Below are positions 38,685 to 49,486 of a stretch of 64,000 nt of DNA, piece by piece. This stretch comes from Candidatus Entotheonellaceae bacterium. GTDB taxonomy: Bacteria > Tectomicrobia > Entotheonellia > Entotheonellales > Entotheonellaceae. A program made the translations under genes and the position numbers. Numbering within the stretch: position 1 is the first letter of the stretch; the number at the start of each line of letters is the position of its first letter. The notes beneath the pieces are model-generated. The model searched no databases, was not told where the DNA came from, and saw only the letters and a program-made list of their open reading frames with translations. The stretch covers positions 1,024,001 through 1,088,000 of the forward strand of contig OZ250173.1 in the NCBI GenBank assembly GCA_965238075.1, written 5' to 3'.

Positions 38685-39095
38685 TTACGCAGACTGGATG
38701 AACTCGACCCAATTGCCGTCGGGGTCCTCGACCATGGCGATGACGACGCCGGGACGCACCTCTCTGCGCGGCCAGACGACCTTATGCCCCGCGGCGGTGA
38801 CGGCGTCCAGCACCGCGTCGAGGTTGCTGATGGTCATCGTCCAGTAGCGGTAACCGGTGCCGCCGGGGATACCGCCGGGCGCTGCGGGCCTGTTGGGGTC
38901 CTTGACCGGCACGACGATCTTGATCAGGCTGTTGCCGAACCACAGCCGGTGCATGGTATGGATGCCGACGTGCTCCATGTGGATGTCGCCCTCGTGCCGA
39001 AAGCCGAGCACGTCCCGGTAAAACGTCAGCATGGCATCGCCGTTGGTGGTGACGATGCCCAGGTCGATTGCGTCTTTCACGACGTTGACGCCCAT
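38685..39095 (-). CDS. VOC/glyoxalase family protein
   Basis: FYRDVLGF...DPDGNWVEF. Confidence 0.88.
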   Translation of the reverse strand: MGVNVVKDAIDLGIVTTNGDAMLTFYRDVLGFRHEGDIHMEHVGIHTMHRLWFGNSLIKIVVPVKDPNRPAAPGGIPGGTGYRYWTMTISNLDAVLDAVTAAGHKVVWPRREVRPGVVIAMVEDPDGNWVEFIQSA

Positions 39096-39213
39096 GAACG
39101 CTTCTCCTTATGGTGGGGAATTGATTGGCTGCAACGGCACACTAAATCACATTTTGGCGGTGGCGTCCACAGCGGCGCGGCGCGGCGCTCGGGGTCGTGC
39201 CGCACGTTCGGAT

Positions 39214-39358
39214 TTTCTCCTCGCGCCAACCTTTCCCCCTCTCCTTAGCCCTCCCCCGCCGCGGGGGAGGGGATCAGAGGCAAAGAAATTTACGCCCTCG
39301 ACGTTCCCGAAGGTTTTCCCCCTCTCCCCTGGCGGGAGAGGGTCGGGGTGAGGGGGAA
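39214..39358. repeat. Composite two-hairpin palindromic element
   Basis: Same arms as 31455-31592. Confidence 0.75.
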
Positions 39359-39438
39359 AGCGGCGGTGGAGACGCCAGGCCCGCTGTGCTATCGTAGCTG
39401 AATCATCCCACCTCCCACCCGTACCATAAGGGGACACC

Positions 39439-41145
39439 ATGCAATACGATCTCATCATTCGCAACGGCACCGTCGTCGATGGTTCCGGCATGCCGCGCTA
39501 CCGCGCCGACGTGGGCATCGTGCACGGCCGGATCGCCGCCATCGGCAGGCTCAACGCCGCCGCCAAGGAAACGCTCGACGCCGAGGGGCACGTGGTGGCG
39601 CCCGGCTTTATTGACGGCCATACCCACATGGACGCCCAGGTCAATTGGGACCCGCTCGGCACCTGCTCCTGCTGGCACGGCGTTACCAGCGTGGTGATGG
39701 GCAACTGCGGCTTCTCCCTCGCCCCCTGCGCCGAGGCGCACAACGACTTGGTGATGCGCAACCTCGAACGCGCCGAGGACATCTCGCCGCAAGCCATGGC
39801 CGCGGGCATCAAGTGGACGTGGGAGACCTTCCCGGAATACCTCGACACCGTGGACCGGCTGCCCAAGGGCATCAACTACGCGGCCTACGTCGGCCACTCG
39901 GCCCTGCGCACCTACGTCATGGGCGAACGGGCCTTCGACGAGGCGGCGACCCCTGAGGACATCGACCACATGCAGCGCCACGTGCGCGACGCCATCCGCG
40001 CCGGCGCCATGGGCTTCACCACCTCCCGCAGCCAGTCGCACCGCACCCCCAACGGGCAACCGGTGGCCAGCCGGCTGGCGGCCTGGGATGAGGTCCGGCA
40101 TCTCGTCGGCGCCATGGGCGAGATGGGCGCCGGGGTGTTTGAGATCGCCAACGAGAACCCCAAGACGCCCGAGGACCTGCAGGATTACCTGTCGCGCCTG
40201 CGCGACCTCGCCGTCGATACCGGCGTGCCCATCACCTACGGCCAGTTCAGCCGCCGCAACGGGCCGGAAACCTGGCGCTCCTTCCTGGCCACGGCCGACG
40301 AGACCGCCGCGGCCGGCGGCAGGATGTTCATCCAGGTGCACAGCCGGGCGCTCAACCTGGTGCTGTCGTTCGAGACCCACATGCCTTACGACAACCTGCC
40401 GGTGTGGCGCGACGTGCGCCAACTCTCCCTCAGCGAGCAGCAAGCCGAGCTGCGCGATCCCGACCTGCGCCGCAAGCTCGTCGCGGCGGCCCATGGGCAG
40501 GCGGATGACGGCGGCCGCGGCGTTGGCCCCGAGGCGCGCTCGGCGAATTACGACTACCTGTTCGTCATGAACGGCGGCCTGACGCCGCATCGCTCCGTAG
40601 CCGAGGTGGCGCGGGAGCGTAACCAGGATCCGGTGGGCGTGGTGATCGATCTGGCGCTGGAGAAGGACATGAAGCAGTGCTTTCTGCAACCCATCGCCAA
40701 CGAGAACGAGGAGCACGCGCTGGAGTTGATCCGGCACCCGCGCACCGTGGTCACCTTTTCGGATTCCGGCGCCCATGTGTCGCAGATCATGGACGCCTCG
40801 CTGCAGACCCACCTGCTGGGCTATTGGGTGCGGGAGCGCCAGGAATTGACGCTTGAGGACGCGGTGCGGCAACTGACGTTGGTGCCCGCTTCATACTGGG
40901 GCATGCACGATCGCGGCCTGCTGCGCGCGGGTGGCGCGGCGGACGTGGTGGTATTCGATCCCGAAACGATCGCGCCGATGCTGCCGGAGGTGGTGCACGA
41001 CCTGCCTGCCGGGGCGCGGCGGCTGAAACAGAAATCGGTCGGCATCAAGGCGACCGTGGTGAACGGCGAGGTGCTGATGCGCGACAACGAGCACACCGGC
41101 GCCCTGCCCGGTCAGTTGATCCGCGGCGCGCTGGCGCGAGGGTAA
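39439..41145 (+). CDS. N-acyl-D-amino-acid deacylase family amidohydrolase
   Basis: PGFIDGHTHMD, GVTSVVMGNCG, SDSGAH, ADVVVFDP. Confidence 0.92.
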   Translation: MQYDLIIRNGTVVDGSGMPRYRADVGIVHGRIAAIGRLNAAAKETLDAEGHVVAPGFIDGHTHMDAQVNWDPLGTCSCWHGVTSVVMGNCGFSLAPCAEAHNDLVMRNLERAEDISPQAMAAGIKWTWETFPEYLDTVDRLPKGINYAAYVGHSALRTYVMGERAFDEAATPEDIDHMQRHVRDAIRAGAMGFTTSRSQSHRTPNGQPVASRLAAWDEVRHLVGAMGEMGAGVFEIANENPKTPEDLQDYLSRLRDLAVDTGVPITYGQFSRRNGPETWRSFLATADETAAAGGRMFIQVHSRALNLVLSFETHMPYDNLPVWRDVRQLSLSEQQAELRDPDLRRKLVAAAHGQADDGGRGVGPEARSANYDYLFVMNGGLTPHRSVAEVARERNQDPVGVVIDLALEKDMKQCFLQPIANENEEHALELIRHPRTVVTFSDSGAHVSQIMDASLQTHLLGYWVRERQELTLEDAVRQLTLVPASYWGMHDRGLLRAGGAADVVVFDPETIAPMLPEVVHDLPAGARRLKQKSVGIKATVVNGEVLMRDNEHTGALPGQLIRGALARG

Positions 41146-41247
41146 TCCCGCCGGCGCCCGGTGCCGCTTGCGGGCAGGTTTCCGATCAAGTGGAATGTGT
41201 GTGAGGTCGCTGTATTTGGCAGACCCGTTCCTGAACAGGGGGGCGTG

Positions 41248-42504
41248 ATGGCAACAGGAACACCGGTGACACGGACAACATCCCAGAGCCGCTGGCAGTG
41301 GGCGGTGATTGCCGTGCTGGCCGCCGGCTTGATCTACGTCGGCTGGCAGCTTCAGGGCGGAGCGGTGCGCGTCCGGGACGCCGGGGATCGTCTGATTGGG
41401 ATGCAGGACCAGTTGCGCGCGGCCATCTCGGAGCAGCAGGAGGTCACGCAACGCCTGGCGCAACTCGTGCAGCGGGTCGACGGCGCGGTGCAGGGTGTCG
41501 AGGAGACGCAATCCACCCTGGACACGCTGCAGCAGGGCACGAATGAGCGCCTCACGGCGTTGCAAAGCCGGTTGGAACCCGCCATCGCCGCTCAGCAGGC
41601 CGCCGGTCGGCGGTTGGCGCAGATTGAAGATCAAGTGTTTATGGCCATGACCCGGCAGCAGGCGGCCGCTCAACGCCTGACCGAGCTCGCCAGGCAGGTC
41701 GAATCCGTTACGCAGGAACTGCGCGAGGCGCGCGCTGATCTGGATGCGGCGCGCGAGGACATCGCGGCTCTCGCGGCGGCCCCGCCTGCTGCCGCGGCCG
41801 CCGCTGCCGAGCCGTCGAAGACCTGGACGAACACCCTGGACATGGCGTTCGTGCTGATCCCGGCCGGCTCGTTTGAGATGGGGTCGGAACGTGGCGATGC
41901 CGACGAGCAGCCGGTGCGCTCGATGGCCCTCGACAAGCCGTTTTATATCGGGCAGTTCGAGGTGACGCAGGCACAGTGGCACGCGGTGATGGAGAACGAC
42001 CCCAGCCAGTTTACCGGCGACCCCAGCCGGCCGGTCGAGAGCATCTCCTGGAACGACGCGCGGGAATTTGCCAGCAAGCTGAACGCCATGGAGCCCGGCG
42101 CCACGTATCGCCTGCCCACCGAGGCCGAGTGGGAATACGCGGCGCGCGCCGGCTCCGCTGCGGCCTACGCCTTCGGCGACGACGCGGCCCAGCTCGACGC
42201 CTACGGCTGGTACGCCGATAACGCCGGCAACACCACCCACCCGGTGGGCCGGAAGCAGCCGAACGCCTGGGGCGTGTACGCCATGCACGGCGGCGTCTGG
42301 GAGTGGGTGCAGGAGCGCTACGGCGCCTACCCGTCGGAAGCCGCCACCGAGTCCGTCGGCCCGCCTCCCGGCAACCGGCGCGTCATACGCGGCGGCAGTT
42401 GGCTCGCTTCCGCCGAGGATTGCCGCGCCGCCTCCCGCAGCCACGCCCACCCCGCCTTTCGCGGCGCCAACGTCGGCTTCCGTCTCGTTCGCACGGTCCC
42501 GTAA
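41248..42504 (+). CDS. TM + coiled-coil + FGE/SUMF1-like (C-type lectin fold) protein
   Basis: FEMGS, EVTQAQW, YRLPTEAEWEYAARAG, RGGSW, GFRLV. Confidence 0.88.
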   Translation: MATGTPVTRTTSQSRWQWAVIAVLAAGLIYVGWQLQGGAVRVRDAGDRLIGMQDQLRAAISEQQEVTQRLAQLVQRVDGAVQGVEETQSTLDTLQQGTNERLTALQSRLEPAIAAQQAAGRRLAQIEDQVFMAMTRQQAAAQRLTELARQVESVTQELREARADLDAAREDIAALAAAPPAAAAAAAEPSKTWTNTLDMAFVLIPAGSFEMGSERGDADEQPVRSMALDKPFYIGQFEVTQAQWHAVMENDPSQFTGDPSRPVESISWNDAREFASKLNAMEPGATYRLPTEAEWEYAARAGSAAAYAFGDDAAQLDAYGWYADNAGNTTHPVGRKQPNAWGVYAMHGGVWEWVQERYGAYPSEAATESVGPPPGNRRVIRGGSWLASAEDCRAASRSHAHPAFRGANVGFRLVRTVP

Positions 42505-42579
42505 CCTGGTTCTGCAGACTTGTCCATTGCTGCCCCTATCGTCGTTACCCTGAAAGTAACCCGTTCAAAGTCCCGAATC

Positions 42580-42636
42580 GTCATTCCCGCGAAAGCGGGA
42601 ATCCGGCGACCCGGATCCAATCCGGAGCAGGCTCTT
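42580..42636. repeat. GTCATTCCCGCGAAAGCGGGAATCC-type palindrome plus CCGGA..TCCGG.GCAGGCTCT motif
   Basis: Hairpin; the second motif also occurs at about 26803 and 27816. Confidence 0.65.
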
Positions 42637-42792
42637 CGGCCGCCGGAAAAACCCTGGACCTCGGCTTCGGCTACTCATCCGGAACGATCCGCATTGCGAC
42701 TGATTCAGATATTCCTTATCACTTCGTCATGCAGGTTGGCTGCATGGGTTTACGCTGCGCGAAGCCGACCTTACGCACTTCCTGCCCGCCAA

Positions 42793-44163
42793 TCAGAGCG
42801 CGGCAGGGTGTGTGAGGGCGACCAGCGCGTTGGAATTGTCCACTTCGTCCAGGTGATCGACGAGGTGGATGAGCCGGTTGGCCGCCTTGTCGGCAAGGGG
42901 TTGGGCACCACAGGACCAGCAGCGGCGGAATTTGGCTAGGTGCTGCTCGCGGCTGAGGGGACGTTCGGGGCTGCCGAGGGTGTGGGGAATATCGACGCGC
43001 AGGGTGCGGCCGTCCTTGAGATGAGCGGTCACGGCTTGCGGCGCCAGGGCGTTGGGGTCGGGATTGCCGTCGGCCACCAACTCGATGCGCCGGGCGAGGC
43101 CGTGCAATTGGGAGTCGGCGAGGCGTTCGGGACTGAAGTCAGCGACATCCACACCGCCGTGCAGCAGGGCAAGGGCGCCGGCGTATTGGAAACACAGGCG
43201 GGCGTAAGTCACGTCCATATCAGGCTGCACGGGCCGCCCCACCAGTTGGTGGATCAACGGCGGCGCCGCCAAGGTCAGCCGGGCGACATCATCGGCCCGC
43301 AAGCCGTGCGCAGCCCGCAATTGCAGAATGCCGTCCAGCCCGCCGTGCGCCGCGCGCCCGGTGGGGAACGGCTTGTGGCTGACCTGGGTGATGCGCCATA
43401 CCGTTCCCAATTCCGCCCACACCGGTTCCAGGTCCCATTCGCCCTCGTACAGACGGAAATAACCGAACGGACCCTCCAGAACGTCGTGCGGCCCGGGCAG
43501 GCCGGCTCGGGCAAGATCAACGGCCCGGACGGCAGCGCCGGCGGCAAAGCCCATCTGCAGGGCGAGCGCCGGACCGCCTTCGACGTGCGATTGCATGGTG
43601 CCGGCGTTTTGCGCGTAGGCCAGGCCGAGCGCGTCCTTGAGCCTTACGGCATCCAGACCGGCCAGCTTGCCCACCGCCGCAGTCGCGCCGAACACGCCGG
43701 CAGTTGCCGGGCGAAAGAAGCGCAGGCCTGTTGTTGCCGCCATGCCGATGGACGTGGCCACGTCGACGCCAAGCGCCAGCGCCAGGATCAACTCCCGCCC
43801 TGTCACACCGCCTGCCCGTTCGGCATAGGCCAGCGCGGCGGATTGGATCGTCGTCAGCGGATGCACCACCGCCGCCTCGTGCACGCAATCAAATTCCTGA
43901 TTGTGGGCATGAAAGGCGTTGACCATCGCCGCCGCACTTGCCGGCAGCTTGTTGCCCAATCCGAGCACCGCGGCTTCGTCACCGCTGCCCCATGCACCCA
44001 CCGCCGCACGCATCTCAGCCGCGTACCGCGCCCTGGTGCCGGCAACGCTTACCCCGATGGTGTCCAGACAAAAGGTCTTCACGGCCGCCACCGCCGGTTC
44101 CGTAAGGTCTGGGAACCGGGCCGCGGTCACGTGTTGAACGAGACGATCAACGGCTTGTGTCAT
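42793..44163 (-). CDS. MmgE/PrpD family protein
   Basis: LDTIGV..AG, H..EFDCVH....HP, VLEG.FGY, KPFP. Confidence 0.9.
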   Translation of the reverse strand: MTQAVDRLVQHVTAARFPDLTEPAVAAVKTFCLDTIGVSVAGTRARYAAEMRAAVGAWGSGDEAAVLGLGNKLPASAAAMVNAFHAHNQEFDCVHEAAVVHPLTTIQSAALAYAERAGGVTGRELILALALGVDVATSIGMAATTGLRFFRPATAGVFGATAAVGKLAGLDAVRLKDALGLAYAQNAGTMQSHVEGGPALALQMGFAAGAAVRAVDLARAGLPGPHDVLEGPFGYFRLYEGEWDLEPVWAELGTVWRITQVSHKPFPTGRAAHGGLDGILQLRAAHGLRADDVARLTLAAPPLIHQLVGRPVQPDMDVTYARLCFQYAGALALLHGGVDVADFSPERLADSQLHGLARRIELVADGNPDPNALAPQAVTAHLKDGRTLRVDIPHTLGSPERPLSREQHLAKFRRCWSCGAQPLADKAANRLIHLVDHLDEVDNSNALVALTHPAAL

Positions 44164-44468
44164 GATGATTTCCCTCTTCGACTCTGCAAGTAGTACGCTC
44201 AACGACGCGCTCCCCGGAGGCTTTGAACGGAGCCCGGAATCGGTAGCACGGCGACGATATGCTATCATGCCGCCCCGGATTTTCCCTGATCCGGTTGCAT
44301 GCCTGCTGAACCCTATCCCATTCAGCTCGTGGCAGAAGCTTATCACCGCCTTCCCCGCACCGGCGTCGATCGGCGCCTTCCGGAAGGCCGTCCCCAACCC
44401 GCAGCGCCTGGTTACAGCAGCAGCCGTCATCAACCTGTTCCTGCGAACCGCCGTCTTCTGGTTTGGGT

Positions 44469-44696
44469 CATGGTACTTTCAGATAAATTGCTTCTCAGAA
44501 AGCGGGCCATCATTGGATCGGTCAATGAGCAACTCAAGAACATCTCGCAGATCGAGCACACGCGTCATCGAAGTGCGGCGAACTTCCTGGTAAACGTATT
44601 GTCCGGCTTGGTTGCTTACTGCCTTCAACCTCGAAAACCATCTCTTGTGATTCAAAACCTACAAGACACTTCGACCCTTATCCATAACTGACGTTA
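44469..44696 (+). mobile_element. IS982-family transposase 3' remnant with right end
   Basis: [40 protein letters not shown]; terminal CTTATCCATAACTGACGTT. Confidence 0.8.
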
Positions 44697-44743
44697 TTAT
44701 GGACGCAGATCGCTTAACGTTTGTCTTGTCTTCGAGGGGGGTT

Positions 44744-45238
44744 ATGGGCGCTGCCTTGACGACGTATTATTTGGAAATGACCGATGCCATACAGTTGCAG
44801 CCGTCGCGTCGGGTGGTGGAGGACTTGGCGGTTGAGCGGTCGCAGAAGCCGTACGGCGCCTTAAATCGCTTCTTCTACCACACGGTCGGAGCAGCCTGGC
44901 GCTGGACGGACCGTTTGCCTTGGTCGGACGAGGAGTGGCAAGCCTATGCCGAGGGGCCGGGGTTGCAGACGTGGATTGGCTACGTGCAAGGAACTCCGGC
45001 GGGGTACTTTGAATTGGCGCGACAGGAGGGGAACCAGGTGGAGGTGGCGATGTTCGGTTTGTTGCCGCCTTTTGTCGGAAGTGGCGTGGGTGGAGCCCTG
45101 TTGACCGCGGCGCTACGACGGGCTTGGGAAGAGGGGACGCAACGGGTGTGGTTGCACACCTGTTCGTGGGATCATCCGCACGCTTTGGCCAATTACCAAG
45201 CGCGGGGGTTGCAGGTTTACAACACCGAGACAGGGTAA
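44744..45238 (+). CDS. GNAT-family N-acetyltransferase
   Basis: FGLLP.F.G.GVG..LL; RVWLHTC..DHP.AL.NY..RG. Confidence 0.88.
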   Translation: MGAALTTYYLEMTDAIQLQPSRRVVEDLAVERSQKPYGALNRFFYHTVGAAWRWTDRLPWSDEEWQAYAEGPGLQTWIGYVQGTPAGYFELARQEGNQVEVAMFGLLPPFVGSGVGGALLTAALRRAWEEGTQRVWLHTCSWDHPHALANYQARGLQVYNTETG

Positions 45239-45298
45239 GAGGACGATCTTGCTTCAATTGGGTGGGATCATACCAATGGGGGATAGGGGAGGAACGCC

Positions 45299-46048
45299 AT
45301 GCGTCTAGCGGGTAAGGTGGCCCTGGTGACGGGCGCCCAGCAGGGGATTGGCACGGCCATCGCCCTGGCCTATGGCCGTGAGGGTGCGGATGTGGTGGTG
45401 AACTATCTCGACGACCAGGCGGCTGCCGAAGACATTGCGGCGCGCATTCGTCAATACGGCCCACGCGCCGTTACGGTGTCGGGAAGTGTGGCGCAGGCCG
45501 ACGATATCCGCGCCATGGTGGCAGCGGGTGAGGACCTTGGCGGTGTCAACGTTTTGGTGAACAATGCGGGTATCTTCCCTCGGGTGGCCTTTTTCGACAC
45601 GACCGAAGCGCAGTGGGACGACGTGCTCGGCGTCAATCTGAAAGGGACCTTTCTCTGTACGCAAGCGGTTACGCGCCAGATCGCTGCGCGCGGGCAGAGC
45701 GGCGCCGTCATCAATCTGGCTTCCGCCGCCGCCTTTCGGAGTTCTCCACGTGGCGTGCACTACGTCTCCAGCAAAGCCGGCATCGTCGGCTTGACGCGTG
45801 CCACCGCCCTCGAGTTGGCGCCGTATCGCATCCGGGTCAACGCCATTGCTCCCGGCACCACGGATACGGCCCAACCGCGCTATGGCATGTCCGAAGCGGA
45901 ACTTCAAGCGGTCGGACGAGAAGTACCACTTGGACGTCTGGCCATGCCGCAAGACGTCGCAGATCTGGCAGTGTTTTTAGCCTCTGATGAATCCCGCCAT
46001 ATGACTGGGCAAACGCTCCACGTCAACGGTGGTCAATACCTCTATTAG
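45299..46048 (+). CDS. Short-chain dehydrogenase/reductase
   Basis: TGAQQGIG, NNAG, Y...K, VNAIAPG. Confidence 0.93.
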   Translation: MRLAGKVALVTGAQQGIGTAIALAYGREGADVVVNYLDDQAAAEDIAARIRQYGPRAVTVSGSVAQADDIRAMVAAGEDLGGVNVLVNNAGIFPRVAFFDTTEAQWDDVLGVNLKGTFLCTQAVTRQIAARGQSGAVINLASAAAFRSSPRGVHYVSSKAGIVGLTRATALELAPYRIRVNAIAPGTTDTAQPRYGMSEAELQAVGREVPLGRLAMPQDVADLAVFLASDESRHMTGQTLHVNGGQYLY

Positions 46049-46513
46049 CACGCTGTCGGGTTTGATACCAGAAGACCTTCGTCCCAACCGTGTGGAAGTG
46101 TGGTCCATATTAAGGAGGTCGCTCGGTCCAACCAGGGATGGATTAACCGGTTCACCGGGATCTAAGGCGATCGGCTATGGCCTCGCAGGTTGGCTTTGGC
46201 ATCGGTCTGAAGTTGACAGAATCGGGCGGCACCGCTTGAACCAGATGGTCGAACGCCAAGCGCTCGCCGTTCCCGAACGACTCCGAAATTTCGACCGCGA
46301 CGGCCCGGGATTCCCAAAAGACCGCCAACCTCCTGTTGTAGTGATAAAGACTGATCAGGACCTGCACCATGAAAACATGACGACCACAGTCACCACCCGA
46401 TAGATTATCTTATCGGTCAGCAGGCGCCAGATATTCCTATCCCCGGTGCCCTCACCGGCGCCTGGCGCGAACGTTGGGTCGGGGGCGGATAACACACCAT
46501 GGAAACGGTACCC

Positions 46514-47515
46514 ATGAAATTCGGCATCATTGAGTTGCCTCGCAGCGTGGCTGGCGCGGTAGCAAACGCGCGGCTGGCGGAGGCGGCAGGGTTCGATCTG
46601 GTGGGGGTGGCGGATTCGCAGTCGGTGTTCCGGGAAGTGTACGTGACCGCGGCGATGATTCTGAGCCAGACGTCGCGGGTGCGGGTGGGGCCGACGGTGA
46701 CAAACCCGATTACCCGTCACCCGGCAGTGGCGGCAAGCGCGATTGCGACTTTGAACGAAATCGGCGACGGGCGCTGCCTGTACGGTATGGGATCGGGGGA
46801 CAGCGCCATCCTGAACCTGGGCGAAAAACCGTTCAACCTGGCGGGGATGCGGGCGGCCATCGAGGCCATGCGGAGCCTGCTGCGCGGCGACCACGCGGAG
46901 TGGCAGGGTCGGGACATTCACACCCAGTGGGTGCCGCGCCCGGTGCCGGTGTACATTGCGGCGGAGGGGCCGAAAACGCTGGAGCTGGCGGGCGAGGTGG
47001 CGGACGGCGTGATTTGCGGGCTGGGTCTGGAACCGGAGATCGTGACGCTGTGCCTGGAGCATCTGCGGCGCGGCGCCGAGCGGGCCGGACGCAGCCTGCA
47101 GGACCTCGACATCTGGGCCATGGCGCGCGTCAACGTCGGCCAGGACCGCGACGCCCTGATCCGCGACATCCGCATGGAGCTGGCCTCAACCGCGCACCAC
47201 GCGTTTCGCTTTACGCTGGCGGGAAAGCAGGTGCCGCCGGCATTTCACGACGCCATCCGGCGCGTGCAGCAAGGCTACCAGCCGCACCAGCACGAGGCGC
47301 ACGGGGAATCGCCGAACGCCCAATTGATCGCCGACCCGGAGTTTCTGGAATACATGGTGCAGCGCTTCGCCATTCTGGGAACCCCGCAGGAATGCGCCGC
47401 GCAGATTCGGCGGGTCGGCGAGGCGGGGATACCGAACATCCTGTTCACCGGCTTTGTGGAAGCCCGCCAAGCCCTCATCCGCACCCTCGGCGACTCGGTG
47501 TTTCCGCTGGTGTAG
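46514..47515 (+). CDS. LLM-class (Mer-like) oxidoreductase
   Basis: VTNPITRHP.V.AS, G.GDSA, GPKTLELAGEVADG. Confidence 0.9.
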   Translation: MKFGIIELPRSVAGAVANARLAEAAGFDLVGVADSQSVFREVYVTAAMILSQTSRVRVGPTVTNPITRHPAVAASAIATLNEIGDGRCLYGMGSGDSAILNLGEKPFNLAGMRAAIEAMRSLLRGDHAEWQGRDIHTQWVPRPVPVYIAAEGPKTLELAGEVADGVICGLGLEPEIVTLCLEHLRRGAERAGRSLQDLDIWAMARVNVGQDRDALIRDIRMELASTAHHAFRFTLAGKQVPPAFHDAIRRVQQGYQPHQHEAHGESPNAQLIADPEFLEYMVQRFAILGTPQECAAQIRRVGEAGIPNILFTGFVEARQALIRTLGDSVFPLV

Positions 47516-47708
47516 TCCTTACTATGAAAATAGCCTGCGCAACGCCCCGACCGTCGTAGCCCATGGTCCCGTGCAGGCGGGCATCCACAGGGTAGGCACC
47601 AGACCCAACTAGGGGAAACATGTAACCCCCCAACCCCCCTTGTCAGGGGGCGGCAGTCGCTCCGGAAGCCCTTTTCATCATTGGTAGACCCCGGACAACG
47701 CCTCGGTA

Positions 47709-48596
47709 CTACGGCCCGCTGCGCTCCTCGGTAAACAAGGCCACCATTCCGCACCGGTCCACCGCGGCCTGCATCTCCTCCTCGGACGGCCGGCGTTCAA
47801 AGCGCCCGGCTGCCTCCAACACCCGCGGCAAGAGACGAACGTCGCCCGTGGTGTTGAGGAACACGTCAGGGCAGCCGAGCACCCAATGCACCGCGGCGTC
47901 GATGTCCGGCTGTTCTTCCAGCGGCTCGTACCAGGTGCTGCGCGTCGGCGTCCCCTCCCAAGGCCCAACGGCCAGGGACTTGATCGTCTGCACCGCAACG
48001 CCCCTATCCGCGCACACCTTCAACAGCGCCGCCACGTCGGCGGCGTACTGCGGGGTCTGCATCATGGTGACGTTGTACGGCAGCAACACCGAATCGAAGG
48101 CAAAGCGTTCCAGGCTGCGCAGGTGCATGGAGGGAATCGGCAAGCCATGGCCGGTGACGCCGATGAAGCGGATCAGACCCTGCGCCTTCGCCTCGACGGC
48201 CGCGGCGAGCGCGCCGTCCGGTCCCATGGCGATTTCCCATTCCTGCGCGTCGACAAGATTGTGAAACTGCCACAGGTCCACGGCATCCACCTGCAGCCTG
48301 TCCAGAGAACGCCGCAGGTCGTCCCACGCCGCCTGGTAGCCGCGCTCTCTCGTCTTGGTGGCCAGAAAGAAATCCTGCCGGTGCCGCGCCATCCACTTGC
48401 CGATGCGCAGCTCGGAGTCGCCGTAGCGAGCGGCGGTGTCGATGTGGTTGACACCGTGCTCCAGCAGCACCTCCAACGCGCGGTCGGCCGCGTCCTGGTT
48501 GACGCGGCTGAAAGCGGCGGCGCCGAAGATCACGCGGCTGCTGAGGTGTCCGGTATGGCCGAATAGTTGGCGGCTGATCATGCGGTATGTCCTCAT
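47709..48596 (-). CDS. Aldo/keto reductase
   Basis: [22 protein letters not shown]...H, RFIGVTGH. Confidence 0.92.
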   Translation of the reverse strand: MRTYRMISRQLFGHTGHLSSRVIFGAAAFSRVNQDAADRALEVLLEHGVNHIDTAARYGDSELRIGKWMARHRQDFFLATKTRERGYQAAWDDLRRSLDRLQVDAVDLWQFHNLVDAQEWEIAMGPDGALAAAVEAKAQGLIRFIGVTGHGLPIPSMHLRSLERFAFDSVLLPYNVTMMQTPQYAADVAALLKVCADRGVAVQTIKSLAVGPWEGTPTRSTWYEPLEEQPDIDAAVHWVLGCPDVFLNTTGDVRLLPRVLEAAGRFERRPSEEEMQAAVDRCGMVALFTEERSGP

Positions 48597-48723
48597 TTAA
48601 GGTGAATTCAGGGTGGTCTCAGAGACTTATCGAAAGCGGGACCAAGGTTGAATCGTGGTCATATCCGAGAGGCGGGCCGATGGCTCCATGACAGAGTGGT
48701 TATCCATAGACCAATTCTTGAGT

Positions 48724-49104
48724 TCAGGCTGCCTTCGTGCGGACACCGTAGAGCGGAATGCGGGCGTCTCTGATGACAAGGACGAGCCCTTCGCCTGTGC
48801 TTGGGCGATCAGGAACCGATCGAACGGGTCCCGGTGGTAGGCCGGAAGATTTCCTGCCTGTTCCGCGTGATGAAAGGTCAGTGGCAGATACGTGAACCCC
48901 TTTTCTTCAACGATGGCTGACAAATTTTCTGGCGCGGTTATCCGCCCCCTCGCCCGATTAACCACAATTTCCCATCCCGTGATGGCGCTGACGAAAACAT
49001 CGTTGCGCGGGTCGGCGATAGCGGCGCGCGCGCCCGCAGCCAACTTCGAAACGTCGGATAGCCACCATACGAATGCGTGGGGTATCCAGCAGCAGGCGAG
49101 GCAT
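48724..49104 (-). pseudogene. vapC: VapC/PIN toxin with two frameshifts
   Basis: MPRLLLDT|HAFVWW...SAITGWEI...HRDPFDRFLIAQA; +1 near 49080, -1 near 48790. Confidence 0.85.
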
Positions 49105-49106
49105 GG

Positions 49107-49358
49107 TCAATCCTCATCCGGGAAAATCTTCGACTTCTCAATCGCCTCGATCAGTTCTTCGTCTTCCTCTTCGAAGTCGGGAGACACCCAGAACTGCCCT
49201 TCCAGCCCGCCCGGTGTCCGTTCTTGCCTATCCCTGCGATACGGCTCCAAACGCAGATAAGGCTCGCCGGCCTTGGCGATCACGATTCCCTCGCCCTCCC
49301 AGGCCAGTTTGCCCAGCCTCGAGAGTTGGGATTTCGCCTCGTGCATATTGACCTGCAT
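49107..49358 (-). CDS. Phd/YefM-family antitoxin
   Basis: MQVNMHEAKSQLSRL....GE.IVIAKAGEP. Confidence 0.9.
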   Translation of the reverse strand: MQVNMHEAKSQLSRLGKLAWEGEGIVIAKAGEPYLRLEPYRRDRQERTPGGLEGQFWVSPDFEEEDEELIEAIEKSKIFPDED

Positions 49359-49486
49359 CGAATCCTCCAAGCAGCCAAATTTACCCACACTACTCGGGCA
49401 CCAAGACGTTCGCAGTTACGAAGTACACTGAGAATGGACAAACAAGCTCTCCGCAGTCTTTTGCAGCAAAGCCCCTATACACTCCG

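Noticed and set aside
41900-42504. DGR target in the FGE-domain gene
   Set aside because: No template repeat or reverse transcriptase is in the window.
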